Shown here: in pieces, positions 1 to 9,716 of the stretch
Layout of the letters: every line of letters begins with the position of its first letter
How positions within the stretch are numbered: the first letter of the stretch is position 1
Assembly: GCA_965204745.1 (NCBI GenBank)
Contig: OZ242010.1
Coordinates: forward strand, 4,544,001-4,608,000
Direction of reading: 5' to 3'
DNA from: Candidatus Latescibacterota bacterium
GTDB taxonomy: Bacteria; Latescibacterota; UBA2968
Length of the DNA: 64,000 bases
Translations under genes and position numbers: made by a program
The notes under the pieces: model-generated
The model's database searches: none
What the model saw: the letters and a program-made list of their open reading frames with translations, nothing else
What the model was told of the DNA's origin: nothing

Positions 1-1154
1 GGTATCTGCAACAACAACTTGTCGTTTGGCAGTTCGGCAATTTTCCAAACCCAACTGCCGGGCAAGCCATCGCTTTTCGTCAGCGCGATCCACGCTTGCC
101 CGTCAAAACGAATCAGACCGCCTTGATCGGGATCGGCGATATCGCGGTGGTGCGTGCCAAACCAAAACGCGCCATCTCGCGCCCCCAACGCGGCCCGCAC
201 TGCGTTGACGGGCATGCCCGCCCGTTTGTCGATCACGCGCCATTTGCCGCCATCAAAAACGGAAATGTTATGGCGATTGCCGTGCGTACACCACACGTCG
301 CCATTTTTGCCCACGGCGATTCGATACACCTTTTCGTTGCTCAACCCGTCTGTGCGGTTGTAATTGTGCCATCGATTGCCTCGATATCGGCTCGCGCTTT
401 TGAGGGTCGCGGCCCATACATGACCTTCCCGATCGACGGCCAAGTCGTAAATCCTATCGTGCATAAGTCCGGCTTTGGTCGTGTGGTGATACCAGCGTCT
501 ATCCGCGTACTCAAAGATGCCGTAGCCCGAATAATGACTGCGTTGAAAGAGCGGTTCAGCGCGCATCCAAAATCGCCCTTTGCCATCGACGACCCCCGGC
601 GGGCGCACGATCAAATCCCACTTCATTTTGGTCTTGGTCGTCTCCCATGTCGCGCCGTCGTAGCGCGATGCAACGAGCGAATCCCGGGCGTGTCCGAAAA
701 ACCACATCGCCCCGGCCGCATCTCGCACGATCACGCGCACCTGATGGTCGAAGGTCATCTGCGATAGCTGATTCTGTTTCAGCACAAAGACCTCCCGTTG
801 CCGCGCCCACCACAAGTTGCCTTCGCGGTCAATATAAGGCCATTCCCCGGCATCCAAAAATGACGTGCCCGTAATCGAGCTCCAGCGACCGGCAACAGTC
901 GTATCCCCAGGCACGAGCTCAAATGGCACGCTCGCAACCGTGTTCCAGCCACCGGAAGTCGTATCCAGAACCTGTGCGCGCGCTTCATCTCGCCCTTCTC
1001 GAGCGATCAGACCAGACAACGCGGATGTCACCTCCTCGTGGAGATTGTTCGCACGCCCGGCAGTGACCGTATCCACAGGCACACCCTCGTTTTCCCGCGC
1101 AAGACAAGTGGATGTGAAGGTCAACAGAAGAATGAAGGAAAGTCGGTATGGCAT
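1..1154 (-). CDS. Secreted beta-propeller protein (two-component regulator propeller-like repeats), truncated by the window edge
   Basis: Not in the ORF track. Manual translation from ATG 1154 gives MPYRLSFILLLTFTSTCLA (signal peptide), then repeats GLMHDRIYDLAVDREGHVW, GLSNEKVYRIAVGKNGDVW, GLPGSWVWKIAE. Frame stays open to position 1. Confidence 0.8.
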   Translation of the reverse strand, partial: MPYRLSFILLLTFTSTCLARENEGVPVDTVTAGRANNLHEEVTSALSGLIAREGRDEARAQVLDTTSGGWNTVASVPFELVPGDTTVAGRWSSITGTSFLDAGEWPYIDREGNLWWARQREVFVLKQNQLSQMTFDHQVRVIVRDAAGAMWFFGHARDSLVASRYDGATWETTKTKMKWDLIVRPPGVVDGKGRFWMRAEPLFQRSHYSGYGIFEYADRRWYHHTTKAGLMHDRIYDLAVDREGHVWAATLKSASRYRGNRWHNYNRTDGLSNEKVYRIAVGKNGDVWCTHGNRHNISVFDGGKWRVIDKRAGMPVNAVRAALGARDGAFWFGTHHRDIADPDQGGLIRFDGQAWIALTKSDGLPGSWVWKIAELPNDKLLLQI

Positions 1155-1220
1155 GGGAAAGTCACTGGATTCTACCCCTGCTTTAAGCTGCGTCAGATCA
1201 GGTGCTGACATACTTTTATT

Positions 1221-1460
1221 TTTAGGACCACTGACCGCTCGGTGGTCAGGTTGGGCGGGACTGACAACTGACAACTGACAACTTGGGGTGACCGGACTTC
1301 TTACCTCTTGCGTCTTCCCTCTCCCCTCTTACTTCTCACCTTTTAGGACCACTGACCGCTCGGTGGTCAGGTTCCCGTCTCACCTCTTACCGAAGGGGGT
1401 TGGGCGGGGACTGACAACTGACAACTGACAAAGGTGAGAGGCAAGACGGGAGAAGACTTA
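1221..1460. repeat. Heptamer tandem repeats (CTGACAA; CCTCTYN-like) plus a duplicated ~32-bp unit TTTAGGACCACTGACCGCTCGGTGGTCAGGTT
   Basis: Direct reading; duplicated unit near 1221 and 1341. Confidence 0.85.
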
Positions 1461-1484
1461 CACTCACTGCTCGCCTTTGAATTA

Positions 1485-1742
1485 GGTTGTGTTGACATTT
1501 CATTTTTTTGTTGCGCGAGGGGACCTATCCCCCGGCCCCGTTATTCGCTTCGCTCATTGTAGGCTACGCCTGTGCCTGCGAGGAAAGGGGAGTAAAGTGT
1601 CTTTGATGGCTTCTCGCTCTGGTTGCTCTGATGGCGTTGACCGAGGGCATAAAGCGATTAAAAATCCCTCATCAATCCCCTCGCAAAACCGCTCACAGTT
1701 CCCCCCTTCCTCAAAGGAAGGGGGGCCAGGGGGGTAGGTCCC
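1485..1742. repeat. MITE terminal repeat (GGTTGTGTTGACATTT) followed by a REPIN-like composite palindromic element
   Basis: TIR shared with 15881, 48747, 52530, 61471. GGACCTATCCCCCGGCCCC...GGGGCCAGGGGGGTAGGTCC ends shared with the other copies. Confidence 0.8.
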
Positions 1743-1853
1743 GATACAGAACCTAGCTATCGCCAGTTGTACCCCGCTCGTGTTTTGTGCCTTTGAACTG
1801 GCTGTCGCCAGTTGTACCCCGCTCGTGCCTTTTGTGGCTAATTCCATCTTGTC

Positions 1854-3059
1854 TTACGGTCGCATGGGCGATCCATCTGGCGCGCGGGTTTGCGTCCATT
1901 GGATGATCTCGTCTTGGGGCGGGTATTTCGCGGCGAGGGCTTCGTCGATGTCGATGCCCAGGCCGGGCGCGTCATTGGGATACATGTAGCCTTTTCGCAC
2001 TTCGGGCAGGCCGGGGAACATGTCGTACACCAACTCGTCGAAGCGGCACCATTCCTGAATCCCAAAATTGGGCGCCCACAGGTCGAGGTGCAAATTGGCG
2101 GCGTGACCCACTGGGGATGTGTCGCCCGGGCCGTGCCACGCGGTTCGCACGTTGTACATATTGGCAAAGGCCGCGACATTGCGCGCAGGGGTGATGCCGC
2201 CCATCTGGCTGACGTGCATGCGAATAAAGTCGATGAGGCGGTCTTGGATGAGGGGCATCCATTCGTGCGGGTGGTTGAAGAGTTCGCCCATGGCCAAGGG
2301 CGTGGCGCATTGGGCGCGCATGTGGTGAAAATACGCATTGTCTTCTGGCGCGAGGGCATCTTCGAGAAAGAAGAGTTTGAACGGCTCTACGTCCTTGGCG
2401 AATTGGATGGCGTCTATGGGGCGCAACCGCTCGTGGATGTCGTGGAGCAATTCGATTTCCGGGCCGATTTCCGCGCGCACATATTCGATCATGTCGCACA
2501 TGCGCCGGCAGTATTCTCGCGGATGGTAATACGCCCCGTCCGGCGCGCCATCGGGTTTTTGGATGGTCTGCGACTGCCCGCCGTACCCGCCCATTTGCAC
2601 GCGGATGTGCCGATAACCCTGTTCCATGTGGTAACGCACGCTCTCGACCACTTCGCGTTTGTCGCGGCCATTGGCGTGTGAGTAGGTGTCTGCGGCTTCT
2701 CGACACTTGCCGCCGAGGAGTTGGTACACGGGCATGCCCGCGCGTTTGCCCATGATGTCCCACAGGGCCTGATCCACGCCCGAGATGGCGTTGTTGAGCA
2801 CCGGGCCATTGCGCCAGTACCCGTTGACCATGCTCATTTGCCAAATTTCTTCAATGCGATTCGCGTCGCGCCCGATGAGAAAGGGCTTGAGGTGTTTTTC
2901 AATGGCTGTCTGTACCGCGTGAAATCTCTGTGTGAAGGTCGCACATCCCAACCCGTAAAGCCCGTTTTCCGAGGTGGTGATTTTGACGATGACGAGGCGC
3001 GATCCCGCGGGTTGCGTCACGATGGTTTTGACGTCTTTGATCGTTACCATTTCCGACAT
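1854..3059 (-). CDS. Mandelate racemase/enolase-superfamily dehydratase (RspA/ManD-like)
   Basis: Motifs YWRNGPVLNNAISGVDQALWDI, LLHDIHERL, FFLEDA, AMGELF, TAWHGP. GGAGGA SD before ATG 3059. Confidence 0.9.
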   Translation of the reverse strand: MSEMVTIKDVKTIVTQPAGSRLVIVKITTSENGLYGLGCATFTQRFHAVQTAIEKHLKPFLIGRDANRIEEIWQMSMVNGYWRNGPVLNNAISGVDQALWDIMGKRAGMPVYQLLGGKCREAADTYSHANGRDKREVVESVRYHMEQGYRHIRVQMGGYGGQSQTIQKPDGAPDGAYYHPREYCRRMCDMIEYVRAEIGPEIELLHDIHERLRPIDAIQFAKDVEPFKLFFLEDALAPEDNAYFHHMRAQCATPLAMGELFNHPHEWMPLIQDRLIDFIRMHVSQMGGITPARNVAAFANMYNVRTAWHGPGDTSPVGHAANLHLDLWAPNFGIQEWCRFDELVYDMFPGLPEVRKGYMYPNDAPGLGIDIDEALAAKYPPQDEIIQWTQTRAPDGSPMRP

Positions 3060-3083
3060 GCTTATCCTCCTTGAGAGACACAA

Positions 3084-3311
3084 CTACGTGGCTGCAAACC
3101 CTCCGACTTCAACCGATACGGCATCGAAACGCGCGTCGCCGGGTTGGTAGGACAGCAATTCCATACCGATGGGTTGCCCGCTCGTTTCATCTTTGATGAT
3201 GATGCCATCGCCAATTTCCGTACACAGTTGGTTCTTGCGCGGAGCCTGCCAGTAAATCGTCAGCAACTCGGCCTCGGCCTCATAGAATACCTTGACTTGT
3301 GCCATAGACAT
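3084..3311 (-). CDS. DUF2283-like small protein
   Basis: KVFYEAEAELLTIYW...IIIKDETSGQPIGMELL resembles the DUF2283 pattern. Confidence 0.65.
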   Translation of the reverse strand: MSMAQVKVFYEAEAELLTIYWQAPRKNQLCTEIGDGIIIKDETSGQPIGMELLSYQPGDARFDAVSVEVGGFAAT

Positions 3312-3325
3312 ACCGCCCTTCTTTG

Positions 3326-4366
3326 CTATAACCCCTCGGGCAACGCGAGGGCGAATCGGCGTGCGGCTTCGCGGAGTTTTTCCGCCGTGCCCTTCGGAAT
3401 GGGAATGCCATCGACAGCGCGCTGGGCCAGAGTGAGATTTTCCGGTTCGCCTGGCATGAGAATGTCGTCGAAGCCATCGGCTTTGGGCAATGCCTTGAGT
3501 TCATCGACCAGATTATCCACGAGGTTTTTGTACTCGTCGAGGTCGATGAAAAACGAAATGTCGATGGCGGCGACAATGCCGTTTTGCGCTCTGGGATTTT
3601 TGCCCCCGCGCAACACGGGCGCGAGCAGGGGATTGCCGGCCATCAGGCTGGACAAACACTGAAAAATCAGCGCGAGCCCCGATCCCTTAGGCCCGCCTGC
3701 CGGGCGCAGGATGACGCCTTTGCGTGCATCGGTGGTCGGGTTGCCTTGGGCATCGAGTGCCCAGTCCGCGCCGAGGGACACGCCCTTGTCCCGGGCGAGA
3801 TCGAGTTTGCCCCCGGCCGCGACGCTGGTCGCCATATCGAGGCTGATGGGGTCGCGCTCGTTTGCGGGAATCGCGATGGCGATGGGGCTGTTGTGCAGGC
3901 CCGCGGCTTTCGCGCCAAACGGGGCCATGTTGGGCGGGCTACAAACAATGGCAATCCCGGCAAAGCCCTCGTGCGCGGCCATCAAGGCGTAATAGGCCAT
4001 CGCGCCTTGGTGCGTGACATTGCTGAGCAACACCCACCCAATGCCCACATTTTTCGCCATGTCAATGGCTTTGTGCATCGCGGGCACAGTGGCGACCGGG
4101 CCGAGCGCGCGGTCGCACGCGATATGGGCAACCGCAGGCGATTCTTTGATCGTGCGGATATTGGGCCGCGCATTCATCGCGCCGGATTCGATGTTGTCGA
4201 GATACGAGAGCACGCGCAAAACCCCGTGCGAATCCACGCCGCGCAAATTTGCCCACACGAGCACTTCCGCTTCCATCGCGGCATCTTCGGGCGGCATGCC
4301 CGCGCGTTCAAAGACGGACTGGATAAAGGGTTCGAGATGTTCTGCGCGTATGCGAATGTCTGGCAT
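3326..4366 (-). CDS. Ldh_2 family (malate/L-lactate/sulfolactate) oxidoreductase
   Basis: ANLRGVDSHGV, NSPIAIA, LDMATSVAAGGK, GPKGSGLA, MPGEPE. Confidence 0.9.
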   Translation of the reverse strand: MPDIRIRAEHLEPFIQSVFERAGMPPEDAAMEAEVLVWANLRGVDSHGVLRVLSYLDNIESGAMNARPNIRTIKESPAVAHIACDRALGPVATVPAMHKAIDMAKNVGIGWVLLSNVTHQGAMAYYALMAAHEGFAGIAIVCSPPNMAPFGAKAAGLHNSPIAIAIPANERDPISLDMATSVAAGGKLDLARDKGVSLGADWALDAQGNPTTDARKGVILRPAGGPKGSGLALIFQCLSSLMAGNPLLAPVLRGGKNPRAQNGIVAAIDISFFIDLDEYKNLVDNLVDELKALPKADGFDDILMPGEPENLTLAQRAVDGIPIPKGTAEKLREAARRFALALPEGL

Positions 4367-4774
4367 GGGAGTCCTTTCAAAAAGCAACCACAGGCATGTT
4401 CCGGCGGGTGCAAGCCGGGATGAACGCGGAGCGCAGGTAGGCCCACTGGATTAAAGCATTCCAGCACAAGCCCTGTGCCCACCCGTCGAGAAATCTTGAC
4501 TTTGCGATTTTTACGCGCTATGGTAACGCCGCACAAAGTTAGGTCGGCATTTTGGGGGCGTCAAGGGAATTGTGAGCGATCAGCGTTTAGCGTTCAGCCC
4601 CAAAGGCGGTTGACCACTGCCCACTTGGGGCATGAGGCCGGGGTCACACACACGGCGGGGTGAGGACGGGATGGGCACGCACGGGCGGCGAGGTGGCGAG
4701 GTGAGGCCGCACGGGCGGTTGGGCGATGCCCTTGTGCTCGCCCAAAGGCGAAAGCAATCACAGGAGATTTTATC

Positions 4775-5770
4775 ATGAGAATTGGGATTATGGGCATGCA
4801 CTACGGGCATATCGGGGGGATGTTTCACTCGGCCATCAACGCGCCAAATGGCGAGGTTGTCGGCCTCGTGGAAGCAGATGACGCGCTGTACCAAAAATAC
4901 ACCGCACAGCAGGCCATCCCGCGCTTTGCCACGCTCGAGGATATGCTCGAACAGGCAAGACCCGACCTGGTGATCGAGGGCTTGGCGCATGACGAAAAAA
5001 CGCCCGTCATCGAAATGTGCGCCGCAGCGGGCGTCCACATGTTGCTCGACAAACCGCTTTGCCGCACGCGGGACGAATGGCATCGGATCAAAACCGCGGT
5101 GACAAACACCAAGCTCTCTACGTTTTTCACCTCGCGCAGTTACTCCGCCTTTATCGCCCTGCGGCAGGCCATTCAAAACGGCGATTTGGGCGACCTCGTA
5201 AGCCTGATTACCACGCACCCGCACAAACTCGGCGCGAATCCCCCATCGCTCTACTTCGATGCGGACAAATACGTGGGCACCTTCCACGACTTGGCCGGTC
5301 ACGGCGTGGATCAAGTGCGCTGGCTCACCGGGGCAGAATACACGGGCGTTCACGCGCTCGGCACGCTCAAAAAACACATCGGAACGGGCCTCGTGTTCGA
5401 CCACGTCCAAGCGTCGTTCCAACTCGACAATGGCGCGCTCGCCACGGCCACAGCCGATTGGCTCACGCCGAGAGATGCGCGGTCTTTTGGGGATACGCGC
5501 TTTATCATCATGGGCACGGAAGGCTCGGCGCACTTGCGCGCTTACGCCGACGACCATCTGCTCATCGCGTCCAACAAATCGGGTATGTACATGCCAGAAC
5601 TCCCGCCCTCCACGCAGCACGTTTTTGTCGAGAACATGATCGACGCCCTCGCACGCGGCGAAGAGAACTTCATCTCTACCCACGACACCCTCGCGGTTGC
5701 CAATGCCTGCATCACAGCCGAAGAATCCGCGCGGCAAGGAGGGAGGTTTTTGGAGATTAGGGAGGAGTAG
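4775..5770 (+). CDS. Gfo/Idh/MocA family oxidoreductase
   Basis: N-terminal RIGIMG, LLDKPL, DLAGHGVD. AGGAG SD upstream. Confidence 0.88.
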   Translation: MRIGIMGMHYGHIGGMFHSAINAPNGEVVGLVEADDALYQKYTAQQAIPRFATLEDMLEQARPDLVIEGLAHDEKTPVIEMCAAAGVHMLLDKPLCRTRDEWHRIKTAVTNTKLSTFFTSRSYSAFIALRQAIQNGDLGDLVSLITTHPHKLGANPPSLYFDADKYVGTFHDLAGHGVDQVRWLTGAEYTGVHALGTLKKHIGTGLVFDHVQASFQLDNGALATATADWLTPRDARSFGDTRFIIMGTEGSAHLRAYADDHLLIASNKSGMYMPELPPSTQHVFVENMIDALARGEENFISTHDTLAVANACITAEESARQGGRFLEIREE

Positions 5771-5972
5771 TCCGAATCGCGGATTGTCGCGGAGCGCGGA
5801 TTAAAATCCGTCCATCTGCGCCGCTCCCAAGCGGTCAGTCTCCGCCCTTCCACCCGGCCCGGCGGTGAGGCGTGAGACGCAAGAGGTGAGACGTGAGATG
5901 TAAGATGTAGGGGCGATGCCCCGTGCTCGCCCAAAGAGACAAGAGGGGAGACCGCTCAATCTCTGACAAAAT

Positions 5973-6008
5973 AGCCCTACCGGAACGCATCCGGCAGGGC
6001 TGTTTTTT
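5973..6008. terminator. Probable bidirectional intrinsic terminator between convergent genes
   Basis: AGCCCTACCGGA...TCCGGCAGGGCT stem followed by a T-run and preceded by an A-run. Confidence 0.65.
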
Positions 6009-6268
6009 TATTTTCCGTAATGATACCGACAGGCAATAATGGTCAAAGCGTCTTGCGATACAGCATAAACCAAGCGGTGTTCTGCGTTAATACGCCTCGA
6101 CCAATAGCCCGACAATTCACCTTTTAAGGGTTCTAACTTGCCTATCCCTCGAAATGGGTCTCGCTGTGTTGCTTTGATCAGATCATTCACCTGTTTGTGC
6201 AATTTTTGATCGCGTTGCTGAAACCAGAGATAGTCTCGCCATGCGGTTTCCGTGAATACCAATTTCAC
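6008..6268 (-). CDS. yoeB: Txe/YoeB family toxin
   Basis: AWRDYLWFQ...PFRGIGKLEPLKGELSGYWSRRINAEHRLVY...CRYHY. Confidence 0.95.
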   Translation of the reverse strand: MKLVFTETAWRDYLWFQQRDQKLHKQVNDLIKATQRDPFRGIGKLEPLKGELSGYWSRRINAEHRLVYAVSQDALTIIACRYHYGK

Positions 6269-6519
6269 GCTTCTAATAACTCCCGTTCTGAAAATTTTCC
6301 TTTCTCTGCCTCGGCGATAGATCGGCGCAAGTGGGCCGCATTGGCGGGGTTTGAAAGCAGGTACAGGGTTTCCTGCCAGGAATTAAATTCTTCCAGCGAG
6401 AGGATGACCGCTTTTTGACTTCCCTCGCCGCAGATAATCGTGGGGTCGGCATCTGTTGCGACGCGCTCGATGATGCGATCCAAATCGCGCTTGGCTTCGT
6501 TTATCGTAATGGCATTCAT
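6265..6519 (-). CDS. yefM: YefM/Phd antitoxin
   Basis: AVILSLEEFNSWQETLYLLSNPANAAHLRRSI; 4-nt overlap with yoeB. Start set at MNAITI. Confidence 0.93.
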   Translation of the reverse strand: MNAITINEAKRDLDRIIERVATDADPTIICGEGSQKAVILSLEEFNSWQETLYLLSNPANAAHLRRSIAEAEKGKFSERELLEA

Positions 6520-6554
6520 AGATAACCGCCTTGAGTTTGGGCTTGGGACAGTTC

Positions 6555-6929
6555 TCATTTCGGGATAACAGCATCCAAGTATTTTGAATACCATGAAAGT
6601 ATGGCGACTAAAACGCTGATAATCGTCGTCGCAATCAACCCGTAAAACCATCGCCTATCGGTTTTGAGTTCCGTCTCCACGCGGTTAATGTCGCTTTTCA
6701 AGTTGCTTTCCACGCGGTTGATATTGCTTTCCACGCGGTCAAAGCCCGCGTCTATGCGGTTTAACAACTGCTCAAAACGGGTGATGGATTGACTTTCCAC
6801 GCGGTCGATATCCTTCTCATTCTGTTCGGTTTTGGTCTCAACCGCAACCACGCTTTTTTGCGTGTCATCTAAACGGCGGTCTTGCTCGGATACGTCCTTT
6901 TTAAGCCTCGCCACCTTCTCGGAATCCAT
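6555..6929 (-). CDS. Coiled-coil repeat protein with C-terminal membrane anchor (DUF1640/Bdr-like architecture)
   Basis: GAAAGGAG SD; repeats DRVES/NRVES/NRVET; C-terminal WFYGLIATTIISVLVAILSW. Confidence 0.7.
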   Translation of the reverse strand: MDSEKVARLKKDVSEQDRRLDDTQKSVVAVETKTEQNEKDIDRVESQSITRFEQLLNRIDAGFDRVESNINRVESNLKSDINRVETELKTDRRWFYGLIATTIISVLVAILSWYSKYLDAVIPK

Positions 6930-7320
6930 CGTAACAACTCCTTTCTCATCGCGTTTGAACATGCGTTGCCCGCTTGATGGGCTGTAAAAAAGTACACAAA
7001 ACGGGGATGCGTGGCAAGTGGGATTTGCCACGCATTTCGCATATCTCGCTGCATTGCAAACGCGCCTCGATGAAATCGACACTGCGATTTTTCATACCTT
7101 CTTCAAAATCTCTCCTCTAGTGGGATAGGCGAATCGGCGCATCGATCAACGGAACGGGGTATAGGCCAGTTCATCAACGAATCAACCGTAGGGCCAGACC
7201 CTGTCCTCGTATCTAGCACAGAGACCGATAGCGAAACGCCGAGGGCTGATTTCAGGGATCGATCAGGCCATTGGTTTTCCTTTCGCGTCTTTCGCAGTCG
7301 CCCCACTGCCCGCTGACCGA

Positions 7321-7486
7321 CATAAAAAAATTTCCGCAGGCGCGAAAAATCTTCTGCTCAACCACTACTGGCCGGGCGATATCCGCGAGTTGCAAAACAC
7401 GCTCAGGCGTGCGATGGTGTGGGCAGATGGCGAAATCCCGACCCGAGAAGCCATTGAAGAAGCCATTTTGCCCGGATTTGGAACCG
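7321..7486 (+). pseudogene. Fragment of the sigma54-activator gene (copy of about 15510-15676)
   Basis: Near-identical DNA (TTTCCGCAGGCGCGAAAAATCTTCTGCTCAACCAC...GCCATTGAAGAAGCC); no start codon and no rest of gene. Confidence 0.9.
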
Positions 7487-7525
7487 AACAAAAAATGTTA
7501 AAAAAAATCAACCATCAGATCGAAT

Positions 7526-7541
7526 TGGCACGCAACATGCT
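7526..7541 (+). promoter_or_regulatory. Sigma54 (-24/-12) promoter
   Basis: TGGCACGCAACATGCT has GG-N10-GC spacing, one mismatch to TGGCACG-N4-TTGCW. Confidence 0.7.
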
Positions 7542-7691
7542 TAAGTAACGGGCAGGACAGCGGCGGGGATGTTCGGAAGGGCGCGAGGCCAATGTCGAAT
7601 TTTCTGACTTGGCGTGAATCGAACAGGACAGGTAGCCACCTGGGAAAAGTGCAAAGGACTGGAAGCCATCAGTGGAAAGGAGGTGAGTGCC

Positions 7692-7787
7692 GTGGTTAAA
7701 ATTCTGCCGTTTTTGTTCCAGTTGGCTATCGTCATCATAGACAGTTGGCCGGTCATCATAGACAACTGGCCGTCCAAAAAGAGGTAA
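7692..7787 (+). CDS. 31-aa hydrophobic small protein MVKILPFLFQLAIVIIDSWPVIIDNWPSKKR
   Basis: Strong SD GAAAGGAGGTG, GTG start, TAA at 7785-7787; below the ORF-track cut-off. Confidence 0.55.
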   Translation: MVKILPFLFQLAIVIIDSWPVIIDNWPSKKR

Positions 7788-7907
7788 CATTTTGGGCGGA
7801 GACAGCATCAGGGGGCGAGAGTTCTGCCTCGTCCCCTGAAAAATGGCTCGATAACCTACCAAGCCGCCAGTGGTCAGCTATCCGCAGTCAGCGGTCCCAA
7901 AAATTTC

Positions 7908-7937
7908 TTGACAACCCTGTACATTATTTGGTAGTGT
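7908..7937 (+). promoter_or_regulatory. Sigma70-type promoter upstream of ATPase 1 (duplicated at 10769-10798)
   Basis: TTGACA-N18-TAGTGT, with extended -10 TG in copy 1. Confidence 0.55.
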
Positions 7938-8028
7938 GTTTTCATCTTGACCCGTTCCAACCGAGTCAGTATCAAACGCGAGCGTTCATCCCGATCCGAA
8001 CTTTTTAATTTTTTGAGAGGAATCGATC

Positions 8029-9714
8029 ATGCCCATTACCTCGATCACCATTGAAAACTTCAAGGGCATTGGCGAGAAAGCCGTGACCATTCCCATTCGC
8101 CCCATCACCTTGCTGTTCGGCAAAAACAGCTCGGGCAAATCCACTGTGTTGCAGGCCCTGCGCTATTTTTCCGCAGTTATGATGAACCAATGGCCCAATT
8201 TAGGCCGCATAAAAATGAGTGGCGGTTTGAATACAGACTTGAACGATTTTCATTCCCTGGTGCATCGCCATGAGTTGGACCGGAAAATTCGCATTCGTGT
8301 CCATACACAAATTTATCCTTTGCCTTTGAAGCAATGGTATGAAGTGGTAACGGGATGGGTAAAAGGAGACGGAGGATACCATGACTGCGAGTCAATCTCA
8401 CTGGGACATATCTTAGAAACAGGCGAAGAAATATGTTTGAGTTTTCGAAAAAAAAAAGAAAAATTCGCCGATGCAGTGATTGGCTCGAATGGCGAAAAAC
8501 TGATTTTTTGTAAAAAACTAAAAATTGAGGATGAGGATATCGTAGGACAAATATATGTGAATACGACTGATCTTTCTAATCAGGCTAAGAAGCTCATAGA
8601 TTTTCAGCATGATCTATTCCATAAACTATTCCATGAATCTCTTAACCCGAAAGAATTAAAAATAAAAAAATTAACTGATAAAGTTTTTGGCCAAGGACTC
8701 GCTGGACTTGGATCAAATATGCGCCATTTAGGTCCATTCCGAGAAGTGCCTCCTCGCGAGTATGAGATACCCCAAACACCCGACGAATCGCAATGGCAAA
8801 CAGGATTGGGCGCCTGGGATGCCCTCGCACGAGACCCCAAATTGGTCGAAAAAACAAACCACTATCTGAAAGAGGTTTTGAAACTTGGATATACCATCAA
8901 GCAACCGGAACCCGGTCAACACTTTCAACTTCACGATGAAAACAATGAGATAGACGTCGGCCTATCAGATGTCGGTGTTGGCATTGCCCAGGTCATTCCC
9001 GTTGTGGTGGGGGCATTAGATGATAGCCCGAACACTTTTGCGGTTGAACAGCCAGAACTCCATGTTCATCCCGCTGTGCAAGTGGCTTTGGGCGATGTGT
9101 TCATTGACAGCGTAAAACATCGCGAGCAGGCTCGCGAGCAGGCTATTGCAGAGTTCTCGCAGAAGATAGAAAATGCTCTTGAGATCAAAGAACGCATTGA
9201 AAATCTTGAAGAGTCCAAAAGACCTAAGTTTTTTGAGTTGAAAAAAGAAAAACTCAAGATCGATGAATACAATGAGACTTTAGAGTTCATTGAGTTCATG
9301 GAGTCGATACAGGAAAATGGAGAAGGACAAGCTGAATGCGGCGTTCAAGCCGGTTTTGAGTTTATTGAGTTGATACAAGAAAACCCTAAAATCATTGAAA
9401 ACCCTAAGTTTTTAGAGTTCTTTAATGCGATACAAAAAAGCAATTACACCATACTTATTGAAACTCATTCTGAACACTTGTTGTTGCGATTGTTGCGACG
9501 TGTGCGCGAGACAATGCGGCGGCGACGCAGGGCAGAGACAGCGGAATCAGAACAGCCGTGCTACGAATTGACACCTGATGATCTATCAGTGATCTATGTC
9601 CGGCCAACACCGACAGGGATTAAGTTCACCCCTATCAATGTAACGGAAGATGGCGACTTTGATGCACCTTGGCCCGAAGGCTTTTTTGAAGAACGCGATT
9701 CGGAGTGGTATTGA
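8029..9714 (+). CDS. ABC-type (AAA_15/AAA_21) ATPase with C-terminal DUF3696-like tail, copy 1
   Basis: IENFKGI, Walker A GKNSSGKS, DVGVGIAQ, Walker B AVEQPELHVHP, IETHSEH, C-terminal WPEGFFEE. Confidence 0.9.
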   Translation: MPITSITIENFKGIGEKAVTIPIRPITLLFGKNSSGKSTVLQALRYFSAVMMNQWPNLGRIKMSGGLNTDLNDFHSLVHRHELDRKIRIRVHTQIYPLPLKQWYEVVTGWVKGDGGYHDCESISLGHILETGEEICLSFRKKKEKFADAVIGSNGEKLIFCKKLKIEDEDIVGQIYVNTTDLSNQAKKLIDFQHDLFHKLFHESLNPKELKIKKLTDKVFGQGLAGLGSNMRHLGPFREVPPREYEIPQTPDESQWQTGLGAWDALARDPKLVEKTNHYLKEVLKLGYTIKQPEPGQHFQLHDENNEIDVGLSDVGVGIAQVIPVVVGALDDSPNTFAVEQPELHVHPAVQVALGDVFIDSVKHREQAREQAIAEFSQKIENALEIKERIENLEESKRPKFFELKKEKLKIDEYNETLEFIEFMESIQENGEGQAECGVQAGFEFIELIQENPKIIENPKFLEFFNAIQKSNYTILIETHSEHLLLRLLRRVRETMRRRRRAETAESEQPCYELTPDDLSVIYVRPTPTGIKFTPINVTEDGDFDAPWPEGFFEERDSEWY

Positions 9715-9716
9715 TT

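Noticed and set aside
96-767. 223-aa plus-strand ORF
   Set aside because: Antisense shadow of the minus-strand propeller gene 1-1154.
7103-7306. 67-aa minus-strand ORF next to the activator fragment
   Set aside because: No recognisable SD or motif; cannot be supported.
8448-8457. A10/A9 tracts in the ATPases as phase-variation sites
   Set aside because: Both genes are in frame (RKKKEK) and such runs are expected in this AT-rich segment.
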